A DNA stretch of 64,000 nucleotides from contig JAYWIR010000016.1 in the NCBI GenBank assembly GCA_036172245.1, positions 1-64,000 of the forward strand, given 5' to 3'. A program made the translations under genes and the position numbers. Origin of the DNA: Raillietiella orientalis (lineage: Eukaryota). The notes beneath the pieces were generated by a model, which saw only the letters and a list, made by a program, of their open reading frames with translations, searched no databases and was not told where the DNA came from. Of the stretch, positions 25,266 to 38,000 are shown piece by piece. The first letter of the stretch is position 1; every line of letters begins with the position of its first letter.

Positions 25266-25634
25266 ATAATGCAGAGATAATCGGATGCTGATGAGAGGGA
25301 AAACAGAAAGGAGAGAACTCTTGCCGTCTTATTAGGCTAGATCGAACGGACCGATACATCTTGTGATGGTTATTTTTGCATGCCGGGTTAACAGATTTGA
25401 ATCCATGAAGCAAACACTTCACCCGAGTCGCGGCTCGGCGTTATCTGCAGCCTCCCGAATAGCGGACCCGAGAGCAGGCACGGAAGAAGCCTCTCCGGAG
25501 AGGAAATTCGGTGAAATCTCGGAATTCTTGCGATCCATGGGCGGGCGGGAAAAAGCCTCCGCGCGTATCGCGCCCACCTCAGCACGAGGGGGGCTATTTT
25601 TCCGCTGCAACACTCACCAACGCTCAAAGTGTAG
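25266..25634 (+). other. Candidate internal exon of a plus-strand (probably non-coding) transcript
   Basis: Long polypyrimidine tract ending cttacag|, strong donor AG|gtatgt, and no recognisable protein. Confidence 0.5.
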
Positions 25635-26050
25635 GTATGTGTGCACGTGATAAGGAAAGATATTTATGCACGTGTTGTTGCTGTTTTCACGTCTTTCTTT
25701 CTTTCTTTTTTTTTTTTTTTTTTGCATTCGGAAGCATCCCGAGTCATTGATATGCTGAACGAAGCAATTTGTCAAGTCTCAAGTACGGAATCTGCCTATC
25801 TCCGTGTCGGAACAAAAACGAGGCTGTTTTTCCTCCCCCCCCCCCTTTCTTTCCTTTGTTTTTTGTTTGTTTGTTTGTTTGTTTGTTTCCGTTTCTCTCT
25901 ATGGCAACCTGCTTTAAAAATAGATTCTCGAGTTCATTGTTAGGAAACGATTTCCGAAGCGGCAGCGGCGCGTTGGCGCTTCGTTTGCAGATGCCGTCAA
26001 CAATGCGTTCAGCTGGGGAGGGGCGGCCTCGGCGCCGTGAGACGCCAACC

Positions 26051-26088
26051 GCAGCAGCAGCAGCAGCAGCAGAAGAAGAAGAAGAAGA
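26051..26088. repeat. Compound (GCA)7(GAA)5 trinucleotide repeat
   Basis: Read directly from the sequence. Confidence 0.9.
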
Positions 26089-29000
26089 GTTTTCTGTTTT
26101 GCAAAGGGGGACCACGACGTTCCCCCCCCCCCTTCTCTCTCTCTCTCTCTTTTTTTTTTTTTTTGCAAGACCTTGCTGTTGATTTTTCTTCCCCCCCCCC
26201 CTCCTCCTCTTCCTCTTCTTGTCTTTTTTTTTTTTTTTTTGGCTTCTGCTGTTCACCTCTTGAAGCCAACTCAAGAACACCGAATAGAAAACATTGTGGG
26301 CAAAGGTGGGTGACGAATTACAAATTCGGCTAAATGAAAGCCGAAGTTCCTGGGCCTTTGAGGGGGGGGGGGGAGTCTTCGATTGCTGCCAGCATGAAGA
26401 TGAGGAGAGGACGCACTCTCACTTTTGCACAAGCGTTTCTTGCAAATAAAAATAGAAATAATGCTAATATTGCTCCTGCTGACAAAAACATAGACATCTA
26501 TATTTGGCCCGTCTGAAGAAAAAATAAATCAAAACACCGAAAAGCAACATGTGTATCCTTTTAACAAGTAAGCTATTTTCGTGTTCGCCGAGAGAACACG
26601 CGCGTTGCCGTCGCTCCCAACTTGTGTGAGTTTTTCTGCGTGTCGTGAAAGTTAGGAGGGCTTTTCCTCCCGGATGTTTCCATGGATGAAACTCTCTCGT
26701 TTCCTTGGGACAGTCGAGTGGCGGTTTAATTGATTTTGAAAAGCATCCAGTACAACTATTTATCTTGAATTTTGTTTTCTTCTTCTTCTTCTTCCTCCCT
26801 CCTCCTCCCCCCCCCCTTTGCCCTCTCTCCCCCCTCTTTTGTGCGTGTGTGGCTGCTGCAGAAGACGGCGGCGACAAGGACAACTTCTCGGGAAGCACGG
26901 ATTCCAGGAAGAAGAAGGCCAAGAATAAAGCAGCACTGCACCATGGAACCAAATGAACGACGCTCCCGAACATAGAAGATAACAGGAAGGGTTATTATTG
27001 ATGAAGTGCCGGCACTCGGGAACGAGGAAAATTGCATTATGGCTGCCCCGAGAGAAGCCGCACGTCCCCCGCCCGCGTCGGACTGCGCCCACAATGCTTT
27101 CGGCTACGCAACGGACGGCGCGGGGAGAGACCTCTGCGAGGGACGACGTGGCCGTGCGCAGCGGAGGCGCTGCGGAGGAGTACCCCAAGGGTGGCGGCGT
27201 GGGCTGCGGAAAACATCCAGCGGTGTCTCTCGCGGGAGCGTGGGAGCGGGACACCCAGGACGCGAATTCTTTCTCCACGAGAAGGGGGCAGAACCCTTTA
27301 CTCAGCTTCTTTCGAGTGAGAGGAGAGGGAGTCTCGGGTTCCCACTTGCATCTTTCTTCCACCCTGCCTTTTACAGGATCCGACGCAGCGGTGTCATGAC
27401 CTTGAGGGAATCTTTTTGGGCCATGGCCCATCCATCGACTCGTTTCTCCCTCCCCCCTTTCCGCAATGATTCAGAAGATCGAACGGTACTCTCCTTCCCA
27501 TCATTCATGCATTCATCGCAGCTGTCTGTCTCACTTATAGAGAGAGAGGGAGAGAGAGAGAGGGAGACAAATAGAGAAATGGAAAAAGAAAGAAAAGATC
27601 AAGCTTTCTTGCACCTCGGCAGTGCTCCCTCTCTCCATCCCATCCCTATCATCCAGGACCAACGAGAACGCCAGGACAACGATCCGACGCGGGCCCATGG
27701 CGCCGAGCAAAGCGAGACCTCCATTCGTCCCGCCGGGTGGACGGAGCGGATGCAGTGGCGATTCCCGGATTATTGGAATTCCCTTTTCCCCTCGGAGGGT
27801 GTGTTTGGCAGGAAGAAAAGAGAAGCTTCCGATCCAGAAGAAGAGCCGACGCCTGTCTGCCTCCTCCTCGATCCTTTCTCCGGAGCCACCCGTCTCGCTG
27901 ACAGCGGCAGTCCCCGGAGGGGTTGCCGCTCAGCGAAAGGGAGTTCACGTCGTCGGAGGCGACGGGGGAGCACCCGCGGTGCACTGCTGGTCAGCGTGAC
28001 CGGCGGCGGGAGACCCTCCTCGTCTCTGCCTCTTCTTCCCCGCCGTACCCTAAAGTCGACGGTCCCCTTTTCGTCCCGTCAGGGGACCGGGGCGGGGTGG
28101 AAGCAAACGAGAGGAAGAAGAGTTCGGAGGGAGAGGGAAGGGGGGGGGGGAGGAATCTGACCGGGGAAGAAGGATGAAAGGAGGAGCGGCGAAAGAGGCA
28201 TCTCCCTGCCGTACCGAAAAAGGTAGGGCCCAGATATCCACGCAGGTGGCAAGTCTGACGTCATGCCGGTCGGTTGCGCGAGTGAGTAGGACGTCGGGCC
28301 CATATTTCCCGATACCCGAGCACTCTACGTGAGAAGGGGAGGGAACCCTAAGCGGCGATGCTCTTCGGAAAAGGCCTCCCAGGGCCGCTCCAGCTTTGGC
28401 GGGGGGTCCTCCTGAGGGGTCGTCTCTCCCCTTCACTCCCTGATGGAGGAGGAGGGGTGGGGATGAGGACGCCGGAAAGAAACCTCTTCGAAAAAGGGAT
28501 GCCGGGCAAGGAGGAAGAGGACGTTGCTCGGGGAAACGGGAAAGCGGAGCGGCGAGCAGCCGAGAGAGGCCTGTAGAGGAGGAGGGGGGGGGCAGCCTGC
28601 CTCCAGCGCGCGGCCTCGCAGAGAGGTGCGCGTGTGGGGCGTATCCAGGCAACGGCAGAGCCTCGTGCGCGCACACCTGCGTCCAATTGGAATCCAAAGG
28701 ATATGCGTGCGAGGCGTGTTTTCCCATCTTGAGGTGTGCCATGAGGAATGTTTGCTCCAAAGGTGCGCATCAGCTGCCATATTTGGGAAAGAGGGGAGGG
28801 GAACGGGAGAGAAGAGGGTCTGCTGCTGGCTCGCGACGGGAAGCTGCGGCGGTCCTTTCTTCCGCCGCTTTCGTACACCTCCGGGACGCCGCCGCCGCCT
28901 CCCTCCTCCTCCTCTGCCCCGGTTTATTTCCGGACGCCGTGTCGCCGGGGGTCCGCACCGCGCCCCATCAACCCTCGCCCCGCAGGTCCGGTGGAGGAGG

Positions 29001-32000
29001 AGGAGGCGAGAGGGCAGCACCCCCCTCCTCATCCTTTCCAGCCAGGGCCGCCCCTGCACTAGGGGTGAGCAGCACCGACGGACTTGCTCTGGAGTAGTGC
29101 GCGACGGGAGACCTTCAGCTGCTCACCTCCACCCCCATTCCTCCCCCTACACCTCCTCCGCCGAACGCGCTCAGCATCCAGCCTCCGCACGCGGAGGCGA
29201 GTGGACAGCGCGGGCGACCTTGAGGGCATCCGAGAACCCGCCCGCAGCCGCTGCTGCGTCATCCAAGTGTCCTTCCAGAAGAGGGGTGGAAGGGGTGCAG
29301 GCGCACCCCTTCCCTTCCCCCAGGCTTTCTCCCTTTCCTTCTTTCCTTCGAAAGAAAGCAGTTCCGTCTCGTGGAGGAACTTGTCGCAGAGGCGCCTGCG
29401 GGCTGGGTGGTGGTGCCGAGGACTTGTGTCTCGGGGAAACATTGCACCCTGTTGCCTGGGCGTGTCCCGTCCCCAGCCGACTCCTGGCAGGGCCGCGCAC
29501 GCCATCCGTCATTCGCCGCAGGATCCTCCCTCGCCCTCACCCCTCCCCTCCTCTCTTCTCCTGCTCCTCTCTATCCCTTGCCCCTCCCCACCTGGAGGCC
29601 CCCCAGAAAGAGGCTGGGAAGGAGGAGGAGGGCCCGAAGAGGAGATCCCGTGCCGCGCCCGAACACAAATCAGACATCGAGGGGGGCTCTCGGAGCGCCA
29701 CCGATGGGGGCTGCAGGAGTACCTCCCCTGCCTGGAGAGCTCCACCACCGCCCCTGCTCCTCGACAAGGAAGGAGCCAGAGTCAGCAAGGGGGAGGGGGG
29801 AACCGGACTCCGACGCGGGAAGGGGCGTCGCCTCGGTCGCCCCTCCTCTCCTCGACAGTTTCCAGGCGGGAGTCCTCCCCTACAGGCAGAGGCAGGAGCT
29901 TTAGCAGCCAGCTCGTCCAGGGGCGCGAAGGAGGACGAAGGTGGCGCAGCCGGGCCGGGAGAGCACCCTCCTCCTCCCTCCCTCCTCGCGCATCGCGGGA
30001 CTCCTCCACTCAGGAGCCAGCTCCGGCATTGGCAGAGGATTCGGGGAGACGCGGGGGGCGCTCCGAACCTGCGGCAAGCGGCCGAACTTTGCGGGGTCTC
30101 TCGCCTCCGCCTTCCGGGTGGTTCGACCCGCGAAAGGAGGGCAGAGAGGGGATGGGGATGGGCTTCATGTGGACCTCCTCTTCTCGTGGGGAGGGAGAGG
30201 GTGAGGGAGGGGAGCGGCCCTCTCCTCCTCTCCCAGCGAGCGCGGGAGAAGGAGCCTATGCCTGGAAGGCAGGACCCCAGTGTCAAAGGAGGGCCGCGGA
30301 GTAGCAGGGCGGGGGGGGGGGGGAAGTAGCGGCGGAGGCCGAGGGCAGAGCTGCTCGCAGTGGAGGTGACCCCCCGTTTCTCTGGGTGTCCGCTTCCACA
30401 GAGGAGGAGGAAGAGGAGGGAGGACAGGGAGTGCGCTCGTTGCGCGGAGGCCACGCTCGGGCCGCCTCCCTCGTGATTCACCCCGAGCGCCCGCCCTCGC
30501 CTCGCACGCGCATGCACGGGGGCGGCGGCTGATGTTTTCGACGGACTCAGCAGAACGCGGGAGAAGGGGGGGGGGGAGGAGGGAAGGGAGGAAAGAGGGA
30601 GAGAGTGCGCGCCATGTGCTCGTTTCCGGTTGCAGCGGTAACCACGCGTTGCTCCCCCCTCCCCTCCCCCTATCCTCGTGTTTTCGTTGGTGGTGGTGGC
30701 AGGGCGTCACGTGAGCGACGAGGGCGAGCGAGAGCGGCGGGGAAGAGACGAGCGCGGGAGGAGGGGGAGGGAAGAGGAAGAGGAAGCAGTGCGGGAGGGA
30801 GGGAAGGAGGGAGAGACGTCTGGGAACTGAAGAGGCGTGCCGGTAGCGGCGGGACAGCAGGGAAGCGGCGCCTCTTCCCGTCGCCGGGCGACGGCCTCCG
30901 CCGCCTCCGCGCCTCTTCCCGGGCTCGAAGCGCGCTCGCTCCGACGGGCAGCACCGCCGCCCCCGGAACGCGGCTCCCTTCCTCCCTCCCTCCCTCTCTC
31001 CCTGCTCCTCCTCCTCCCCTTCCCCTGCCGGCTCCGCCCCTCCGGCAGGAGAGACTCGACTCGCGGCGGCACCTTCCGACGGGGGGAGGGAGGAAAGAGG
31101 AAGGGGATGGGGCGATGGAAGCGATCGGATGCACGGGATCGGTACGTTCTTCTCCTCTCCCTCCCCTCGTCGCTCCCCTCCCCCTCCCTTCGCTCCCTCC
31201 TCTTCTCATCGCCTCGGCGTCGCCGCCCGCAGCCGCCGAGAGAGCGCGCCGTCGATCGCGCACTCGAGGGTCGGGCGCAGGGGTAAAAGAGGAGCGCAGT
31301 CCCTCCCCCCTTACCCCTCCCTTCCGCATGCCCTTCGCGAGGGGCAGACAGGGAGCGGGAGGCTCCGCTGCTCGCGTCCCGGTGCGGCGGAGGACAGAGG
31401 GAGGGGAAAGGAAGGCGGACCCCAATACGGGTGGGAAGACTCTCCAGCTCCCCTGGGGGTGTCGGGAAGGATCCTGCCTGAATGAAGCCCCGGCGTTCAT
31501 CTCGGGGGCGCGAGCGACGTCGCGGAGACGCCGCTGCTCTCCCCGTCCAGATGTGGGCCGTGGCGGCAGCGAGGCCTCCGCGTGTCTGCGAGCGCGCGCG
31601 CGGACGAGCGCCATCTTGTCGGGGCTCACGGTCGCTGGAATTTCCGGAGGATGGGGGAAGTGGCAGCCGCCCGCTTGCTCGATCCTCCGTCGACTACTCG
31701 CTTGAGATAGTGCGCCAACTCGTTGGCGCCCCCTCCGTGGCATTCCTGGTGCGGGCGGGCGAGGGAATGGACGCTCTCGCCATGGATCCGACGTTTTTCT
31801 CGCGTAGCCTCCCGTGTTCCCCCTCCCGCTTCGCCATGGCGACGGGATGCGTGGCGGCTGCGGAAAGGGGTGGGGCCGAGGTCCGTCTCTCGCTGCTGCG
31901 GTCGGCACCGCCTCGCATGGAGCAGCCCCACGCCGTCCAAGGTAGCGGCGGCGGAGCCGGGAATGAAGCTGGGTTCCCGTGGCAACGAAAGGAGGAGCGA

Positions 32001-35000
32001 AATTCTGCCTACGGTCCGGAGCGGGCAGCCTCCGGAGAGAAGCTGCATTCCCTGTCCCTTTTCGTTCGCTTCTCCCCCACCCCAGGGGCTCTCCGCAGGG
32101 GATGGGACTGGCAACTTCCCTCCCGTGAAGCGGCCAACCCCCCTCTCCTCAGTGGCAGCAACGGCGGCGGTGGCGAGGATGGAGGAGTGCGAGGCGCCGC
32201 TCCTCTTCCGGAAGGGTCGCCCCGTTGTTGGTGCTGCCGTGTCTGCCATGCCGAGAGACCACCCTGCCAGTTGAGCCCTCAGAGCCCTGAGAGCTCGCGC
32301 AGAGTGATCTTGCGAGGATACAGGAACGATGGGTAGGGTGGCTCCCCGTCCCCCTTACCCTCCTCCCTCTCTCCATCCTCTTCTTCTTTCACCTATCTCT
32401 CGATCTCCCTCCCCCCTACCGTTCACCTCCCGATGGGCAAGCACAGGGAAACTCTGGGGCCCGCAGGATGCTGGAGCTGGACCACGGAGGCAGGTCGGTG
32501 CCGAATACCTCGTGGCTGCCAGGCGTCCGTCCTGCTTCGGTCGTTCTGCAGCCTCTTCGCGGGAAGACGACTTCGCTGACGGAGCCCGGCAGACGTTGGT
32601 TCCACCTAGGGGCCAGCTAACGGATGGGCGCAATCCCACCTCCTCCTCCTGTTTACCTGAGAGGGCCAAGGAATGCAGCCGGCGGGGGAAGGAGAAGGAG
32701 ATGACGACGCCCTGTGTCTGCTCCAGCAGTCCTGGCCCGAGGGGCCAGTGGGCGCGGCCGCTGGAGGCAGTCCCGGATGGGAGGGATCCTCCTGGACCCC
32801 CATGGCGTTAGTCTCGCCTGACCTGCCGAACACGAGAAGTGGAGCATCTCCCGTTCTCTTGGAAACATTGACCAACGGGCGGGCGTGGGGGGTCTCTTGT
32901 ACGGTCCGGGAACTTCTCGTGGTGCTCCTCCACCCCCGCGCCAGCAGGAGGCGGGGTCTCGGCTCTCCCTTCACGTCATCTTCGTCCTATCCTTCCCCCT
33001 CCCCCACACCCTCAGGGACTTTTCAGGGACCAGGAGGAAGGCGGTGTCACAGTCGTCTGACCCAGGAAGAGTCAGCCCCTCCTGGAATGCCCCGAAGTCT
33101 CCCCGCAGCGTCGAACACAGACCGGGAAGCCACCGCCGTACCCTTCTGGCCAACCTGCGGAATCCACGCTCCTTGAGCCGTGTGCATTACGACGAGCCAT
33201 CTCGCCGGATCCGTCGCTTAGCAATGGTGCCGCAGTCCTGCTCTTAACGGTTTGTACTTGCTTCCACGAGCTTTCCGGATCAAGGAAGGGGAGGTGGAGG
33301 GAAAAGGAAGTAGGACGAGAGCGAGAGCAGGGAGCCAGGTCCATACGGTTGTCATGACATCAGGATGGGCGGGAGGCATGGTTGCGGGAAATCGGCGCGC
33401 GCCATCCCCGAACGCCCTTGCCCCCTCGGGCAAAGTGGGCAGGGGCGGGAGAAAATCGCTGGGGGATATCGGGTCGCTCCCTGAAGCCCCTGGGGTGTGG
33501 TCTCTTGGAGCGGAACGCTCCCGCAAGGTCGCGTTCCCAGGCTCCGGTAGGGCCTGGACGCGGGGACAATGGAGGAGACCTTTCCCCTCCCCCGTCCTAC
33601 CTGCCTGAGTGGCGGAACTGCCACGGCAACGGGGTGCCTCGTGGAAAAACCTCAATTCCGCCCCGGGCTCGCGGAAGTTGCGGCGGGGAGGCAAGGTTGG
33701 GGCCGACTCGCGCATGCTGCCGCCACCGCTCCCCATGATTCGCGCCACTGGCGCTCTCCGGCAGTTGCCGCTGCTCCTCCCCTCCCGCTCGATCCCCCAT
33801 GGTCCAAGCTGAAATGGGCGCCGAGGATTCCGAGTAACCTGGCGGGCGCGCGCACGATCACCTCCATCTCCAGCGGATGAGGATCCCTTCCTCCCCCCCT
33901 CCACTGTTCAGATCGCGTGGTGGGCCAACGTGGCGATCGCTGGAACGAACGAGCTGAGGAGGGGGGGGGGGGATACCCAGAGATGCGCGCGCACGCCCGA
34001 CGATGCGTGGGAGTTGCCGCCGCGCGTGCCCGTCGCCAGCGGTGACGCTCTGTCGGGACTGCCGGACGTCGGAGCCGCCGACGGAAAACGGATGGAAAGG
34101 GGCTGACGAAGCTTCTGGGGTAGTGGGACAGTGCCGCCGGAAACCGAGAGCTCCTGGTGGAGCGACCGGAGCGAGTAAGTCCCATCTCCTGCCGCGGCGC
34201 TTCGAGATTCCGCCGCTAGATGGGACGGCGGTCGCGCCCTTGCTCCTTTTCCTGCGCGGGGCGACCTCGCTCGCTCTGGAAGGGCGGATCTGCACCGGTG
34301 CGTGGGATCGCGAGCGCCTCCGAAGATATGCTCTGCGGCCACGCCGGTAGCTCTCTCGTGGCGACCCCTCCCTCCCTCTCTCGTCCCCGCCATCCCCGGG
34401 AGCCGGCGTTCCCTTCCTCCCCCTCCCCTCCAAACCATCCAGAGGGGGACGTCCCATCTCCCATAGCAGCTTTCAATTCTCCGCGAGGAGGAGGGAGGGG
34501 CCGCCAGCGTCCCTTTCCTGAGGCGGTGGGAGCGGTGGGCATTCCGGCTGCACCGCCGGGCTCAGGGGAACCCTCGAGGAGTTTCTCACCTTCAGCCAAG
34601 CAGGTGGCTCCTCGCTGGTGCCGCATATCGCCGAACCCCCGAGCGAAGAGGTCGAGGACGTCGCCTGGGGATGCCGAAGGGGAGGAGGAAGGGGGGGGGT
34701 GGATCCTGGGAACTGCCGGGAAGTCGACGAAGGGAGCGGCGGAGGGTGGTGACGCTCCCAAGCGCGGCGACCCGAGCGAGAAGGCCCTCCCCCTCCCCCC
34801 CGGGGAAATCGGGGAAGGAGGAAGACCGAGTGGGGTGGAGATGGGAAGGAGCTGACGAACCTTCTAAAGTGGTGGGATGGCGCCTCCGGAAACCGGGAGC
34901 CACGAGGGGCGGAGATGAAGGGGGGAGGTTCCTGGGATTGAGTTCCCTTCCTTTCCCTCTTCCTCCTCCTTCACCCAGTGAGTGCGTTCGTGACAGACGA

Positions 35001-38000
35001 GACGACTCGCTTTTGGAGCACCGGGAAGGGAAAAACTGGTGAGGGGGCCACCCCTTGTGGCGCTCACCCCTCTCCCCGTGTGACCTCGAAGAGGGGGACG
35101 GCTCAACAGGAGGCTGAGATGTTCGCAAGGGTCGTGGAGGGGGGGGATGAAGCCGACGGGGACTGCATCGGACTCGTGGGTCCCCTCGACGGAAAGGGGA
35201 GAGGGGTGGTGGGAGTTCCGGGAAGGTCCCGCGCAGGGGGCGTGTGTGCTCGAGAGGAGGAAAGGGCCTCTGGAAAGCTCTCCACCTTTTCCCTCCCCGA
35301 TTGTTCGGGGAAGGAGGAGAGGTCATCACCCCCTATTCCCTCCTCCCGGATCTCGACCTCTCTCGGGAGCGGCGTCCGCCTCGAGGGTCCACCTGTGTGC
35401 GGCACCACGTTTAGGACGTGGCCCCTCAGGGTTATCCGTGGCCTCGTGACCCCCTTTGCCGCCTTCGTCTCTCCGGATGGTCCAGTTTCCGGCGTCGTTC
35501 CTGGGGAGAAGGGAGGGACACGGGCAGAGGGTCACTTTGCGAAAGGGGCGCCCGCCCCGAGGTCCCGAGGATTACAGGACGACTCTTCTCCTGAGGGTAC
35601 GAGGGGAAAGACCTTCTCCTCCCCCTCCCTCCCTACCCGCCGGGACGGCGGAACGTTCCGGAAACGCCACGGAAACGGGGCGACCTCGGAAAGCCTTAGA
35701 AAAGCCGCAAGTCCGCCCCGGGGACGTGAGGGCCTCGATCTCCATGGTTGCAGCGGAGCGCGAAGGGAGGGGGGCGGAAACGCGCGCCGCCGCGGAGGTC
35801 CCGAGTTTCCTTCCGCTCCAGCGCGCGGGCGCGCCTTTCTCCGGTCCCGGCTAAGGGCGCCCACCCCAAGGAGACGGGCAGGCAGGCGAAATCGCTCCTG
35901 GTCGGCCACCCCGGAGGGAGGATCAGAAGGGCATGGCGCTCTCGGCTGATCCTTTCCGTGGCGGCGACTGGGCGCATAAACTCCTGTGACTTCCCCCCAC
36001 CCCCAGAGCCGAGGAGAGGTGGAGAGGTGGGGGTGGGGTCAGGGGAGGATTTTTTCCCTTCTTTCCTCCCCACCTCCACTCTCCGGTTCAGCCCCCGCAC
36101 AACCCTTGCTAGGCCCTCTCGGAACCTTCGAGGGGGCTCGACCGCGGTAAAGGGAAGAAGCGGTGTCCTCCCGGGCAGCCTCCAGAAGGAACAGAAACCG
36201 GGCGGGGTCGGGGAAAGGGTCTTGGGGGGGAGGGATGAGGAGGTGGCGTCGCCCACGGAGCCCTGGATTCCCCCCTATTGCCGGGAATCCGGGCTCCGTG
36301 GACGGCGCCCTCCTTCCCCCGCCTGCCGACGCAGCCTCCAAGCAGCCCTGAGCGGTCGAGTCGAGTTCGCCCCCCTTCCCTCCCCGGGAGAGAGGGTAGC
36401 AGCTTTCGGGATGCGCCCCTTCCCAGCGGTAGCACCGGTTCCGGGGCAACGGGTGTGTGTGTGTGGAGAAGAAGCCGGGAAGGGGGTGTCCTCCCGCCCT
36501 GTCCTCGCAGGGCTTCCAGCTTCGGGAAGGGTTTACCTTTGGAGGGATCCAGGACGTCGTCGCGAGCGAACTGGGGCGGGGAGTCCCGTCTTGGATCTCC
36601 TGACGACGCCCACCCCGGAGGGCGGGGCTCCGCGACCCTCGAACAGCCCTTTCCTCTGTGACAGTTCCTCCGTTCCTTCGGGACATCCTGACTCGCCTCC
36701 CTTCCCTAGGAAGGAGGATCTTCTTTGACTCCTCCCCCCCTAAGGTCCTCCCCTTCGCTATCTGGCGGTTCCGGGACGCTGCCGGGAGGGAGAGCGGGTG
36801 ACGGGTTGCTCTGGCACAGGAATGAACGGTCGCCTCCTGCTCCTCTCGGAGCTTTCTTTTTTGGTAGGTCCCGCACGTGTAGCACAGGGATTTTTCCGAA
36901 AGGCCGATGGGACACGACCCCTTTCCCCCTTCCCTCTCTCCCGATCCCTGACGAGCGTCAGGAAATCCCGGTGGGTCGCGAGGGAGAGGGTGGAAGGACA
37001 TCATCAACGGGACTCGGCCTCCCCGAACGGGCGAGGTCGACAGGCGCACGGGAAGGGGCACCACGCTCCGGGACCTACTTTTCGTGGGGAGCAGGTGGTC
37101 CCATCCGTCCTTGCCACCTCGTGAGGGCAGGATCCCAGATCGGGATGGATGGCGAGGCGGGGTCTGCAAGGGGTCGCGGTCCCTCCCTTCGAGGGTCCCT
37201 GCGAGGCCACAGAGAAGCAGAATGGGGGGAGGAGGGGCGGACGACTCTTCTCAAGGGAGGTCCCCCTCTCTCCAGACCCTGCCATCGCTGCGGATTTCGC
37301 ATCGAAAAGACCCACCGCTCCCCCCCCTCGCACCCCCGGGGGCCGCCTTGGTGGTCGCGCGCGCGCGTGGACCGGCGGTCACGATGCCGAATAGAGCAAC
37401 GGCGGTTTCCCCTGGCAACCGGTTCCCAGCGCTCCGCTTCCGAACGGGCGTCGAGGGGAGTCTCCGCCACTGGGGGAGGGGGGACCTCCTCCTTCCGCGA
37501 GAGTCCCCAGGGAGGTGCGTCGGGGCAGAGGGACTCTGGAAGGAGAGGAAGGGGTGGGGGGTTTCTGGAGGGGCTCCCTTCGGCTTGTCCCGCGCTCTCC
37601 TTTCGTGAGATGGCGCTCCTCCCCGAGATCTGGTGCAGCAATGGGGTGCGAGACGGCGGCGCAGGAGACTTGGAGTCGTCGCCCGTGAAGGGCTGCTCCC
37701 TGCAGAGTCCAGGTAGGGGCGAGGAGGGAGGGAGGGGGAAGTGCTCCTGGGATTGGGACGGGCGAAAGAGGAAGGTGCCCTGTCACTTAGCGCCCATCGA
37801 GCTCTCGGTGGGAACCAAGACGAGGATCCGCGCCCATCCCCCACCTTCGTCTCCTCCTTGATCCTGCCCCAGGCGCTCGCCAGCGTATTCATCCTCCAGG
37901 GGTGGCGCTCACCACCAGGAACTCTCGGGCCACGGCCAGGCGCGCAGGGCACCTCACCGCCGTACACCCTCCGGTGCCACTTCGAAACTCCGCGACGAAG

